From assembly GCA_023150835.1 (NCBI GenBank), contig JAKLKB010000004.1:1-64000 (forward strand): a DNA stretch of 64,000 nucleotides. Reading direction: 5' to 3'. The notes beneath the pieces are model-generated. The model was not told the DNA's origin and ran no database searches. It saw nothing but the letters and a program-made list of their open reading frames with translations. The translations under genes were made by a program, and so were the position numbers. Source of the stretch: Myxococcota bacterium. Its GTDB lineage: Bacteria > Myxococcota_C > UBA6777. Numbering within the stretch: position 1 is the first letter of the stretch; every line of letters starts with the position of its first letter. Shown piece by piece: positions 9,911 to 19,934 of the stretch.

Positions 9911-11506
9911 ATGGATTGGAGTCGAGATATCGTTTTGGTGGTGGTCTTTTCCCTTGGACTACAGATCCTTGTTTGGTTGCGACACATCCGACAACGTGCG
10001 ATCTGGTCGTGGTTGGGCAAGGGTGGGTTGTTGTTGATCGCGATTGGTGGGTGCGTATGGAAAGCCCCCTCATGGACCCCGTGGGTCGCAGGTTTGGGAT
10101 GGGGGATCGGGATCGTCCTTCCGCTGCTGATCTTTCGATGGCTCCAAGCGACTGGAACAGCCCACCCACGGCGCGCCCAGATCGTTTCTCATGCAGTACG
10201 CTGGCTTCATCCCTTCGAACCGTGGTGGACCACGCCTTTGATGTGGAAAGCCTACGCGCTCCAAGGCCAAGGCCGCGTCGAAGAAGCCATCCAGATGTGG
10301 TCACAAGTCCCCGCCATGCGCGACGAAGTCGCCGTCTTTGCCGAGATCTTGCGGATGCGCCAAGCCATGCGCTGGCACGAACTCGCCGAGACCCTCCTAC
10401 AAGAGATCTCCTCCTCCGAAAATCCTCCTTTTCCCGTCAAGTTGGCCTACCTCTTGCGCTCTCTCGGTGAAAGTGGCCGATTGACCGAGATGGAACAGAT
10501 CGCCCTACGCTATCAGCCGATGCTACCGAGCCTTGGCGAACAAGTCGATCTCTTTTTGCTCGCGTTTTTCGGACAATTCGAGGCCATCGAAGAACTCATG
10601 CGTGGACAACGCTCTCTCCCGCCCGCTTCACAGGATTACTGGCTTGCGATCGCACTCGCTGCCCAAGGACTCCCCGCAGAAGCCCTCCACTCCTTGGACA
10701 AAGCCGCATCCCACCGCGATATCGAAGAACTTGTCAAGCAGCAGATCGCTTGGCGACGTGAACACATCCACGCCATCCAAATCCCCGCTCCATCCGAACC
10801 CATGAAAGAGCTTCTCCAAGCGATCCATCGCCGACACAGCGAGCGACAACGTTTGAATATCTTTGCCTCGCCTGAAAAAAAGCGCCATCCCCTCATCACA
10901 TACAGTCTTGCGTTTCTTCTCACCCTGATCTTTCTCATGCAAATCGGCATCCTCCCCTCTCCGCGACAAGGCATGCAGCTTCTGCACTGGGGGGCCTTTT
11001 CTCCGCCCTTGTTTTGGGGCGGTGAATACTGGCGGCTGTTGACCTCCAACCTGCTCCACGCCGATGGTGTGCATCTTTCCGTCAATCTCTTTTCGTTGCT
11101 GTTGTTTGGCCCTTTTGCCGAAGGATGGTTGGGTCGATCACGTTATGCCCTCTTGTTCGTTTTTTCGGGCGTGATCGCCAACTTGCTCTTGCTTGCAGCG
11201 ACCGGCTTGGGCTGGATGCCGCCGTATTATCTGCTTGTCGGCGCAAGCAGCGCCATCATGGGGATCTTGGGTGCTGCAACCGCGATCCTTTTGCGAGCAC
11301 ACCGTCGCATCGGCTCCTTGATGGCGCGGCGCAATCTGTTTTTCCTCGCCTCTTTGCTTCTCTTGCAGGCTGTATTCGATTACTTCTCTCCACATACCAG
11401 CGGAGCCGCCCATCTATCGGGCGCTTTCGCTGGATTCTTGCTCGCCACGCTGCTTTTCCCCAACCACCGCCTACAACAGATCCCCCAAACGTCTGTCCCT
11501 TCCTGA
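9911..11506 (+). CDS. Rhomboid-family intramembrane serine protease with N-terminal TM and TPR-like region
   Basis: WRLLTSNLLHADGVHLSVN, catalytic GASS and AHLSG motifs. Confidence 0.9.
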   Translation: MDWSRDIVLVVVFSLGLQILVWLRHIRQRAIWSWLGKGGLLLIAIGGCVWKAPSWTPWVAGLGWGIGIVLPLLIFRWLQATGTAHPRRAQIVSHAVRWLHPFEPWWTTPLMWKAYALQGQGRVEEAIQMWSQVPAMRDEVAVFAEILRMRQAMRWHELAETLLQEISSSENPPFPVKLAYLLRSLGESGRLTEMEQIALRYQPMLPSLGEQVDLFLLAFFGQFEAIEELMRGQRSLPPASQDYWLAIALAAQGLPAEALHSLDKAASHRDIEELVKQQIAWRREHIHAIQIPAPSEPMKELLQAIHRRHSERQRLNIFASPEKKRHPLITYSLAFLLTLIFLMQIGILPSPRQGMQLLHWGAFSPPLFWGGEYWRLLTSNLLHADGVHLSVNLFSLLLFGPFAEGWLGRSRYALLFVFSGVIANLLLLAATGLGWMPPYYLLVGASSAIMGILGAATAILLRAHRRIGSLMARRNLFFLASLLLLQAVFDYFSPHTSGAAHLSGAFAGFLLATLLFPNHRLQQIPQTSVPS

Positions 11507-12400
11507 AACCTCCAAATCCCCTCGCGCTTCTCCCGAAACGACGGGCTTGGGCCGCGAAGTCACTTCATCAAAAGCTTCGTGGTATCCTTCTTGGTTCGTC
11601 CCCATCCAACGATCCCACCAGTTGAAATACAAACTGTAATTCAATTTGCCTTTGTGGTGATGCAAGTTATGGTGCGTCGACGTGTTGAACCATTGGCCGA
11701 TCGGATGGCGTGTAAAGCCTTTGGGATACAGCTCATAACCAAGATGACCAAGCACGTTCATCACCGTCATAAAGATCAAAAAGCCCAATAATGCAAGCGC
11801 ATGGTGTGGTATCAAAAAGGCGATCACGAAGATAATGCCTGCCTCAACGACCGCTTCAAGCGGATGGAAAGAAAAAGCGGCCCACGGCGAAGGGTTGTGC
11901 GACAGATGATGCACCCGATGAAAGTAACGAAACAGCGCCTTGTGATGGATCGCTCGATGGGTCCAATAAAAATAGGTGTCGTGAACCAAGATCATTAGCA
12001 CCATACTCAGCAAAAAATAGCCCCAGCCATAATCACTGATGCGTTCATAACGCAAGGTGTATCCGTACTTTCCAAGCCAAAACACCGCCGCCCCGATCAT
12101 CGAAAAGATCGCAAACGTCGACATCGACCAAAAAAACTCTTGCCTTAACAAGGAGGCTTTTGGAAAACGCTGCTGGATCCGCCGAAAATGCAAGCGTTCC
12201 GCCCACCGCTTCCAAAACAGCCAATACGCCGCCCCCGAAAACACCACATAACGCAAAAAGGTGGCCGCAAAGACCGTCAACATCACGATCCCCGTCAATC
12301 TCCACGAAAAGACGGGCGTTTCAGCAGCCATCCAAGAAAAAGCCAACAGCCTCTCGCCCCCTCCCAATACACCCGTAAAAACGACGTTCTCGCCCAACAT
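11471..12400 (-). CDS. Sterol desaturase / fatty acid hydroxylase superfamily protein
   Basis: His boxes HDTYFYWTHRAIHH, HRVHH, HLGYE, HHNLHH; multiple TM segments; GGAGG RBS before ATG 12400. Confidence 0.9.
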   Translation of the reverse strand: MLGENVVFTGVLGGGERLLAFSWMAAETPVFSWRLTGIVMLTVFAATFLRYVVFSGAAYWLFWKRWAERLHFRRIQQRFPKASLLRQEFFWSMSTFAIFSMIGAAVFWLGKYGYTLRYERISDYGWGYFLLSMVLMILVHDTYFYWTHRAIHHKALFRYFHRVHHLSHNPSPWAAFSFHPLEAVVEAGIIFVIAFLIPHHALALLGFLIFMTVMNVLGHLGYELYPKGFTRHPIGQWFNTSTHHNLHHHKGKLNYSLYFNWWDRWMGTNQEGYHEAFDEVTSRPKPVVSGEARGDLEVSGRDRRLGDLL

Positions 12401-12715
12401 CACAACCTCCTGCGCTCTACGCGCTTCGTTGCATACCACCGATCCACACGCAACAACGCACTTCGTCTTGCGTATCGCCGATCCACACGCAACAACGTGC
12501 GTCTTCTTGCTCCGCCATTTGGATCTAAAACAAGGTTGTGCAGAAAGTGTTGAACGAAAAGCGAGCGCAGTCCCGCTTCTTTAGGGGCGGGTAAGTGAAC
12601 GACACATCTTCCAAGGCCGCTCTTGTTGGGGCATGCCTTTTCCCTAATCCAAGAGTCCACGGAAAACACGGAAAACACGGCGACGGGGTTTCTCTGTGCG
12701 CTCAGACTTTCTGCC

Positions 12716-12917
12716 TGCCTCCCCCTCGCGGCAGCAGCGAGGCTTTGCGAGCGTCGCAGGGAGAGTGGGTGAGGGTGATGACGACCTCTGCCCCTGTCAG
12801 ATTCCCCAGCCCTTTGGGCTTTACAGAGGATGTGTCCGAGTGTTAGTCCCCCATAGCTGCCCAAGAATAGGTCACTTACGCACTCTCCTACGATCACAGA
12901 TCACTCGGATATCGCAT
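12716..12917 (-). repeat. Family A element carrying an internal ~150-bp hairpin module (copy 2)
   Basis: Near-identical to 51737-51897 (CCCCCTCGCGGCAGCAGCGAGGCTTTGCGAGCGTCGCAGG...GGCTTTACAGAGGATGTGTCCGAGTGTTAG). Its terminus supplies the stop codon of the histidine kinase. Confidence 0.75.
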
Positions 12918-14376
12918 CACATCTCCCAGAGATAGACACATGAAGCCCTTGCGGAGAGATCGCGTCGAAACGAAGCGTCAAGCGCAAAAGAAGACAGATC
13001 TCGGAGGTGATCGCAAGACCGAGTCCTTGGCCTGTGGGGTCGCGTTGACGGGCGTCTTCCGCACGCCAATGACGGTCTTGAAGGCTCGGAAGATCCGTGG
13101 GCGGAACCCCCGGCCCATCATCAAGGACTTGGAGCGAAAAATGGTGCGCGTCAGACTCCAACAAGATGGCGATGTGGCCGTGTGATGGGACATAACGGAT
13201 CGCGTTGTGGACGAGATTGGAAAGAGCGCGCTCGTAAAGAAGCGGCTGCCCGAGGACGATCGGACTGCGATCAGGGCAAGCAAACTCCAACGAGATCGCG
13301 TGCTCTTGGGCAAGCGGTCGAAAGCGACCCGCCACACGCGCCACCACCTCGTTGAGTTCACAGCTTCCTTGCGTAAACGGCTGCATCAGTTCGCTTTGAA
13401 GGCGCGCTGCAAAACCAAGATTGTGGGTCAGGTTTTCAAGGTACACCACATCCGCAAGCGCAGCAGGCGTTTCTTCCCGATGCCCTTGCGCCATCCGCTC
13501 AAGATGCAGTTGCAAAGAAGCGATCGGCGTACGCAGATCGTGGGCGATATCCGCGATGTGACGGGAAAGCGCAAGACTTTGTGCTTCGAGCCGCTCCTTG
13601 TCCTCAAGAATCCGCCGATGGGCCGCTTCTAAGCTCTCATGGATCAAGCCTAACTCGTCCAGCGGCGGGCCGCTAAAAGACCACACAGCCTTTGGCTCCC
13701 CCACCTTGCGCGCCAACGCTGCAACCTCTTCGATACGCTGCAACAGCGGACGCACCATCAGAAAATAACCCAACAACAAAGCCAACAACAACCCGCCCAA
13801 AAACACCCACGCGATGCGGATCATCCCCCACATCTGGCGGTTCGGCTCGGGGAGCCAACGCACCATCAACAAGCTGCACGGGCCTTTTTCTGCAAGTCGG
13901 TAAAAGTAGACTCCGCCCCGATGCAACAACAACGAACGACGCCGCAACAGCGTCGGCGACGCAAACGACAAAATCTGCCCGTGCGTGCGCTCGCGCAGCC
14001 AAGCGAGTTCTTTCCTGAATGACGACGCCAACGGTGGCGCTTGCGGATTCACCGAACGAAGCGTCCCGATATCGTACGCATAGATCCGCGCCCCTAGCGG
14101 CGTCGTTAACCCCCAATGCTGCGGCGTTCGCAAGCATCCCAAACCTTCGTGGCGTTCGAGGGCCGTCTGCGCGATGCTCCCAACAATCGAAGCGACTTGT
14201 GCGCTGATCCCTTCGGTGATGAACAAAAAGATCAAACTCACCGAAGCCGCCATGCTGATCGCGATCACAAAAGCGATCCGCCACGCCGCGATCGGACTGC
14301 GCAAAAACGCCCTCCTCAAGCCCGAAAAATCCACCACCGACACCTCACGCACCATCCCGATCGCTTCCTTCTCCAT
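12901..14376 (-). CDS. Sensor histidine kinase (TM-HAMP-HisKA-HATPase)
   Basis: H-box IAHDLRTPI, N-box NLVHNAIRY, DDGPGV, GQGLGLAI; two TM segments. Confidence 0.93.
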   Translation of the reverse strand: MEKEAIGMVREVSVVDFSGLRRAFLRSPIAAWRIAFVIAISMAASVSLIFLFITEGISAQVASIVGSIAQTALERHEGLGCLRTPQHWGLTTPLGARIYAYDIGTLRSVNPQAPPLASSFRKELAWLRERTHGQILSFASPTLLRRRSLLLHRGGVYFYRLAEKGPCSLLMVRWLPEPNRQMWGMIRIAWVFLGGLLLALLLGYFLMVRPLLQRIEEVAALARKVGEPKAVWSFSGPPLDELGLIHESLEAAHRRILEDKERLEAQSLALSRHIADIAHDLRTPIASLQLHLERMAQGHREETPAALADVVYLENLTHNLGFAARLQSELMQPFTQGSCELNEVVARVAGRFRPLAQEHAISLEFACPDRSPIVLGQPLLYERALSNLVHNAIRYVPSHGHIAILLESDAHHFSLQVLDDGPGVPPTDLPSLQDRHWRAEDARQRDPTGQGLGLAITSEICLLLRLTLRFDAISPQGLHVSISGRCDAISE

Positions 14377-15058
14377 CGCTCAATTCCTCTCGCCGAAAAC
14401 GATAACCGATCCCCCACACCGTCTCGATCGCCGAACCCGCCTCCTCGCCAAGCCGCACTCGCAAACGTGCGATGTATCCGTCCACCGTGCGCGGATTCAG
14501 TTCTTCCCCCGGCGTCAACGCACCCTCCGCGATCTGCGATCGAGACACCGCTCGCCCCGAACGTTCGAGCAGATACGCCAACACATTGAACTCATTTCGC
14601 GTCACCACGAGTTCTTCCTCCCCTCGACGCAACGTGCGCGCATCCAGATCCACACAAACTCCTCTCCATCGCAGCAAACGCGCCGGAGCTTCCCTCACGA
14701 TCCGCAGTCGCGCACTCACTCGCGCCAACAACTCCTCCATCCAAAACGGCTTCGCCAAATAATCCGCCGCACCCAACGCAAAACACCGCAACCGTTCATG
14801 CAGTTCCGTCCGCGCCGTCAACACGATCACTGGCACACTTCGCCGCGCTTGCCATTCTTCGAGCAACTCCTCCCCCGAACGCCCCGGCAACATCAAATCC
14901 AACACAATCAAATCAAACTCTTCGCGCTGTACGATCTGCGACGCCCTCTCGCCTTCTTGAACCAGCACCACCTCAAAACCTTCTTCCCGCAATCCTTTGT
15001 AGATACCCTGAGCCAAAGCAGGATCATCCTCAACCAACAAGATCCGATGACGCATCAC
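14345..15058 (-). CDS. OmpR/PhoB-family response regulator
   Basis: ILLVEDD, LDLMLP, GAADYLAKPF, winged-helix tail RTVDGYIARLR...IETVWGIGYRF; overlaps the kinase gene. Confidence 0.95.
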   Translation of the reverse strand: MMRHRILLVEDDPALAQGIYKGLREEGFEVVLVQEGERASQIVQREEFDLIVLDLMLPGRSGEELLEEWQARRSVPVIVLTARTELHERLRCFALGAADYLAKPFWMEELLARVSARLRIVREAPARLLRWRGVCVDLDARTLRRGEEELVVTRNEFNVLAYLLERSGRAVSRSQIAEGALTPGEELNPRTVDGYIARLRVRLGEEAGSAIETVWGIGYRFRREELSDGEGSDRDGA

Positions 15059-15231
15059 ACGCTCCTGTGGGCAACAAAGCTGCCGATCGCTTACTTACCA
15101 ACTCGCCCGTAAAACCCAAGAGCCTCCGCCTTGGGTCGTTTGCTCCTGTCAAGGTTGTTCACAAGCAAACCGTCTTCCGTTATAACCGAAACGCACCTTG
15201 GTTTCTCATCTTTTGGCAAAGGGAGACGGCT

Positions 15232-15771
15232 TTGTTGTCATCGACCCACCCATCGCAACAACACCCCGCCACAACAGAAACCTCTTCTGTTGCGCAACAC
15301 GACCCAAACACCACCCCTCCGCCCCACGAGGACACACAAGAACCCCAACTGTCCGCACCCCAAAGTGGCTGGAACTCCGCCGAACCTGTCTCGCCCTTGA
15401 TATCCTCAGGCGCGCTCCACACTCACACCACCCCCCCCAAAGTCATCCCCCTCACAGAACCCTTGCCCGCCTCACGCCGCGCTTTAATTCGCCACTACGC
15501 CCCCGATCTCATCGGATGGTTCACAGTTGTCGTGTTTTTTTTGCTCCCTTGGCTGCTGCTGTGTGGGATCTCTCTGTGGTCCCTTGGCTCTTGGCGAAGC
15601 GCCATGATCGCCGCACCTCCCCCCTTGCTCGGATGGATCGGCTTTGAATTGTGGTTCCGCTTGATCGGCAACGATCCCCAAGGCTCCCCTCCCGATTTCT
15701 TTGTGACGGTCACTTCTTTAGTCGGACTTTTTCTCTCTTTTCTGCTTTTTTCATTCTTGATGCCCTCTTGA
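15232..15771 (+). CDS. Hypothetical membrane protein
   Basis: GGGAG RBS before TTG 15232; disordered N-terminus followed by three hydrophobic segments. Confidence 0.55.
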   Translation: MLSSTHPSQQHPATTETSSVAQHDPNTTPPPHEDTQEPQLSAPQSGWNSAEPVSPLISSGALHTHTTPPKVIPLTEPLPASRRALIRHYAPDLIGWFTVVVFFLLPWLLLCGISLWSLGSWRSAMIAAPPPLLGWIGFELWFRLIGNDPQGSPPDFFVTVTSLVGLFLSFLLFSFLMPS

Positions 15772-15809
15772 CATGAACCCATGATCACACCCGAAACAAG
15801 GCCAACTCC

Positions 15810-17588
15810 TTGAACAATTTTCTGAAAAAAAATGAATACCGCTTCCTCGGTTTACTGCTTTTCTTCGGGATGCTGGTGCGCATCGCTGCATTGTGGGCTG
15901 CAAGTGCTCTACCTTTTTGGACACACCACCGACTCGACGCGCAGATCTACCACGAAGCGGGATTGCGTATCGCTGCGGGCGATTGGACTCTCGGTCGCGA
16001 AGTCTTCCACATGAGCCCACTCTACAGCTATCTTGTGGGGCTGCTTTATTCGCTATTTGGCAACAACCCTTGGGCCGTCCCACTTTTCCAAACCGCCCTC
16101 GGCGTCTTGATGATCGCGCTGATCTGGGCCACAGCAAGGCTAATTTGGAACAGTTCCGCATGGTCACTGCTCTGTGCTGCGCTATTGGCCTTTTATGGTC
16201 CCGCGATCTTTTATGAAAGCCACACCCTTTCCACGACGTTGGATGGCTTCTTGTGGACGTTGTTGATCTGGCGTCTGTGTTGCGCTGTCGAGACAGGCCC
16301 TCAACCCGAAAATTGGGCGCTCGTTGGCCTATGTTTGGGGCTTTGCGTGCTTTCACGACCCAACGCCTTGTTGTTGCTTCCTTTGTTGTCTATCGGATTA
16401 TTCGCTGAATTTCGCCAGAAAGCATGGAAGCCTTTCTTCGCGTTTGGTCTTGTTGGCCTAATCGTTTTCTCTCCTGCAACATTGCGCAACCGTCTTCTCG
16501 CAGGAGAATGGGTCTGGGTGACAGATAGCGGGGGAATCAATTTTTATATCGGCAACGCAAAGGGCGCAACAGGTACATTCCGACGCCCTCCCGGACTTGA
16601 AGCCGCCGGCCACCCCTCTCAACAATTCACACTATTTCGCCGTGTCGCCGAACAAGCCAGCGGTCGCCAACTCACCGCACGCCAAGTCGACTCCTTTTGG
16701 TATCAAATGACATGGATCGATATCCGCCAAGAACCCTACAGATGGTTGCGACTTCTGCTTAACAAACTTTGGCTGTTTTGGTCCGCAACAGAGCTCTCCA
16801 ATAACCAAGACTACGAATTCACAAGAACCTTTTTAAATCCTGTCTTGGCGGGTCCGTTGGTTCAGTTTGGTTGGTTGTCGCCTTGGTCGATCTTGGGATT
16901 GTTGTTGTTTCTGTGGTGGGGAATGGGCGGAGACATCACCGCTGCAACACAACGCACCCCAAAACAGCGTGTATTTGGGCGATGGCTCGCGCTCGCCACC
17001 CTGACGCTGATCGGATCGATCCTCTTGTTCTTTGTTCTGGCGCGCTACCGACTCGCTGTCTTTTCCTCGTTGCTTTTGTGTGCTGTGGCCGCCTTGCGAG
17101 AAGTCGTCCATCGGCTGCGCGCTGCCTCTTGGAGCCGCGCTGTCGTCCTCGTCGTCGCTGCGCTTTCGCTCTACCCGCTTGTTTACACCGTGTGGCTGGA
17201 ACGCTCTTTTGCGGAAGAATACTTTAAACTAGGCTTTGCTTATCACATCCAAAAGCGCTTTGTCCAAGCTGAACAGAGCTATCTTCGGGCCATACGCTAC
17301 GATGCAAATCATCTTTCTTCGTATAAAAATCTTGCTTACCTCTACGAACATCTCGGACGTAAAGAACAGGCGATCTTCCAATGGAAACAGATCCTCCACC
17401 TCCCCGAAATCCACCACAGCCTCCAACAGCTCGCCCAACAACGCATCCAAGCCCTTCTCGCAGTTCCCCAGCCTCCCCCCTCACCATCGACGACCTTGCG
17501 TCAAACCGCCCCCACACAAACGCACCACACCACACAACCACCGACAACACAACGCCTTCCCTCCTCGCTGCCTACCCGTTCCCCTTGA
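15810..17588 (+). CDS. GT-C fold (PMT/ArnT-like) membrane glycosyltransferase with C-terminal TPR
   Basis: LDAQIYH...SPLYSY, LSRPNALL, GGINFYIGN and RYRL motifs; many TM segments; TPR-like YFKLGFAY...YKNLAYLY. Confidence 0.8.
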   Translation: MNNFLKKNEYRFLGLLLFFGMLVRIAALWAASALPFWTHHRLDAQIYHEAGLRIAAGDWTLGREVFHMSPLYSYLVGLLYSLFGNNPWAVPLFQTALGVLMIALIWATARLIWNSSAWSLLCAALLAFYGPAIFYESHTLSTTLDGFLWTLLIWRLCCAVETGPQPENWALVGLCLGLCVLSRPNALLLLPLLSIGLFAEFRQKAWKPFFAFGLVGLIVFSPATLRNRLLAGEWVWVTDSGGINFYIGNAKGATGTFRRPPGLEAAGHPSQQFTLFRRVAEQASGRQLTARQVDSFWYQMTWIDIRQEPYRWLRLLLNKLWLFWSATELSNNQDYEFTRTFLNPVLAGPLVQFGWLSPWSILGLLLFLWWGMGGDITAATQRTPKQRVFGRWLALATLTLIGSILLFFVLARYRLAVFSSLLLCAVAALREVVHRLRAASWSRAVVLVVAALSLYPLVYTVWLERSFAEEYFKLGFAYHIQKRFVQAEQSYLRAIRYDANHLSSYKNLAYLYEHLGRKEQAIFQWKQILHLPEIHHSLQQLAQQRIQALLAVPQPPPSPSTTLRQTAPTQTHHTTQPPTTQRLPSSLPTRSP

Positions 17589-17711
17589 TCTCTCCCGTCT
17601 AAAAGTTCTGTAACACGCGGCTGCACGCCACGTCCTCTTTGTGTTGCCCAAACAGCAAAGCAACCGACGGTTCGAGCTTTGATGCAAAAAAGTATGCTGT
17701 TTCTTTTCAAA

Positions 17712-17868
17712 TAGGACTTACGCGGCTGAATCGTTTTTGTGGGGTTTCACCCCTAGACTGTCGCCCCTTGACCCCGTGTTGACGAAGCGATCACTGTTTT
17801 TCAAATCAACGACGCTCTCGCTTGAAGTCTCGCGAACACGGCTTTTTTTGGCAACCGCGTAAGTCCTA
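17712..17868 (+). mobile_element. Intact 157-bp MITE (family B) with 14-bp perfect TIRs and 5-bp target-site duplication
   Basis: TAGGACTTACGCGG (17712-17725) ... CCGCGTAAGTCCTA (17855-17868), flanked on both sides by TCAAA (17707-17711, 17869-17873). Confidence 0.85.
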
Positions 17869-17887
17869 TCAAATTTAAGGAGGCAAG

Positions 17888-18775
17888 ATGATTTTATTCT
17901 TTCTCTTTTTTCGATTTCGTGTTTGGAATTTTTTGTGGATCTTGTTTTTCTTCTTGCAGATCCAAGCAGCCCAAGCAGGGCCTTGGTCTCAAGCTTCGGG
18001 CCACTTTTACGTCAAAGCAAGCCAAAACTTTTTGTTTGGCCGCGAAAGCATCGGTCCCACCGGCCAAATCAGCGGCGGCGATTTTTTTGGTGCATCGACA
18101 CAATTGTACGGAGAAATCGGGCTTTTTTATGGCCTACAGGCTCATTTTTTTGTCCCTTACTCCGTTTTTCGTGTGACGCGCAGCCCCCAAGAGTTCTACC
18201 AACTCGATAGCTTTGTAGACGCGATGGCGGGTTTACAGTGGACTCCGCCCTTCTTGCACCAAGCTCTCGGATTCCCCGTCGCTTTGCGTTTGGATACCAA
18301 GATCCCACTCTACGACCAGAAGCCCTTCACCCAAGATCCCGCAACCAAGGACACCTTCACACGTTTTCCGATCCTCGGCGAAGGCCAACTCGACTTCACC
18401 TTGTGGTTAAGCGCGGGTGGCTCGATCCCACGAACGGATCTCTATCTGTTTGCGGAGATCGGTTATCGCTTTCGCAGCGAAGTCTTCGTCGATCAACGGA
18501 TCGCCGCTCTTGGGTTGGACTTTTTAGATAGCTTCGTCTTCCAATTTCAAGCAGGCTACAACCTGTTTCGCCGTGTGCTTTTCATGCTCAACTCCAGCGG
18601 CGTGATCCCTCTCGGCGAAAGCCCCGTCACCAAAGGCTTCGTCGGGATCGGCCTTGGGATCTATATCCCCGTGTGGCGGGGATTGGCTGTCGAACTCAAC
18701 GTCGATCAGATGCTCTGGTTCAAAGCAGCCCCCCCCGTCACCAGCGCCGGGATCGGTATCTCTTACAAGTACTGA
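17888..18775 (+). CDS. Secreted, probable outer-membrane beta-barrel protein
   Basis: AAGGAGG RBS, signal peptide ending AQA-G, amphipathic strands, terminal GIGISYKY. Confidence 0.75.
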   Translation: MILFFLFFRFRVWNFLWILFFFLQIQAAQAGPWSQASGHFYVKASQNFLFGRESIGPTGQISGGDFFGASTQLYGEIGLFYGLQAHFFVPYSVFRVTRSPQEFYQLDSFVDAMAGLQWTPPFLHQALGFPVALRLDTKIPLYDQKPFTQDPATKDTFTRFPILGEGQLDFTLWLSAGGSIPRTDLYLFAEIGYRFRSEVFVDQRIAALGLDFLDSFVFQFQAGYNLFRRVLFMLNSSGVIPLGESPVTKGFVGIGLGIYIPVWRGLAVELNVDQMLWFKAAPPVTSAGIGISYKY

Positions 18776-18798
18776 AAAGACTGATGCGCAAAGACCAA

Positions 18799-18955
18799 CA
18801 GAACGAACGCATCTGGATGGTGTGGTGGGGTTTCACCCCACGCCCCACAAGGGACCGAGGGCCCCTTGACCCCGTGTTCGGCGAAGACGTCATCGTTTTT
18901 CAAACCAACGGCTCTGTCGCTTGAAGTCTCGCGAACACGGCTTTTTTTGGGGCTG
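18799..18955 (+). repeat. MITE-like element family B copy
   Basis: GGGGTTTCACCCC...CCCCTTGACCCCGTGTT...CGCTTGAAGTCTCGCGAACACGGCTTTTTTTGG shared with 17740-17851. Confidence 0.75.
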
Positions 18956-19062
18956 ATCGTCTCTGCCCGAGATCCGAGCATCGAGATTTTTTGATTAGGC
19001 TTCCGTGTGTATTTTTATTTATGGCATCCGTCTTATATGGGCGAAAAAGGAAAAAGTGTACC

Positions 19063-19869
19063 ATGAAACAGAACTTTTTTATGATAAAAAATAGGCGATT
19101 CTTCAAACGACGACGAGGACTCGCGGTTTTGGTCCTTGGCATGGGGATATCGGTGCTGATGGGAGCCAGCGGGGGGCGCTCAGGATGTGTCGGCTACAGC
19201 TTCTCCGAAGGCTGCAAAGAAGGCGAAAGCCGCGCTTGTTTTTCAGGACCTGCCGACAAAAAAGAAGTCGGAGCCTGCAAAAGCGGCCAACAAAAGTGCT
19301 CCGCGAACCAAGTCTGGGGGCCTTGCGAAGGCGAGATCCTGCCGAAGGACAAAGACGCCTGCAACGGAGCCGACGACAACTGCGATGGGATCGTTGCTTC
19401 TCTTCAACAAAAAGAAGTCTGCAATGGTGCCGATGACAACTGCGATGGAAAGATCGACGAAGGCGACACACTTTGTCCATCAGGTCAAGTGTGCCGTGGA
19501 ACACTCGGATGCAAGGGCGAGATCAGCGGCCCAAGCATACTCAAAAAAGGCTCCTTTCAAAGCAGCGCTCATCCCACCCAAGGCGAGGCACAGATCGTCC
19601 AAGAAGGCGACAAGCTTTGGCTGGAATTCAGCGAACGTTTCAAGACCGATCAAGGCCCCGATCTCAAGGTGTATTTGACCACCGACGCGCTTGGTGACGC
19701 CAACAAAGGCAGTTTCTTGTCACTCGGCCCCCTCACCAGCGTCAACGGCAAACAACGCTATGCCCTCACTCTCCCCACAGGCCAATCCATCGACACCTAC
19801 AACGCGATCTCCGTCTGGTGCGAAGCCTTCCGCGTCATCTTTGGTTATGCCCCCCTGCTCAAGCCGTAA
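19063..19869 (+). CDS. Exported Cys-rich repeat protein with C-terminal DM13 domain
   Basis: CNGADDNCDG repeats; DM13-like GSF...HPTQG...GPDLKVYL...LGPL...G.QRY...VWCEAFRVIFGYAPL. Start uncertain (19063 or 19081). Confidence 0.8.
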   Translation: MKQNFFMIKNRRFFKRRRGLAVLVLGMGISVLMGASGGRSGCVGYSFSEGCKEGESRACFSGPADKKEVGACKSGQQKCSANQVWGPCEGEILPKDKDACNGADDNCDGIVASLQQKEVCNGADDNCDGKIDEGDTLCPSGQVCRGTLGCKGEISGPSILKKGSFQSSAHPTQGEAQIVQEGDKLWLEFSERFKTDQGPDLKVYLTTDALGDANKGSFLSLGPLTSVNGKQRYALTLPTGQSIDTYNAISVWCEAFRVIFGYAPLLKP

Positions 19870-19934
19870 ATCACCTCCACCTGACATCGACGTCCCCGTC
19901 AGGCGGACTCGCGCCACCCCTCCCGCAAATGACT

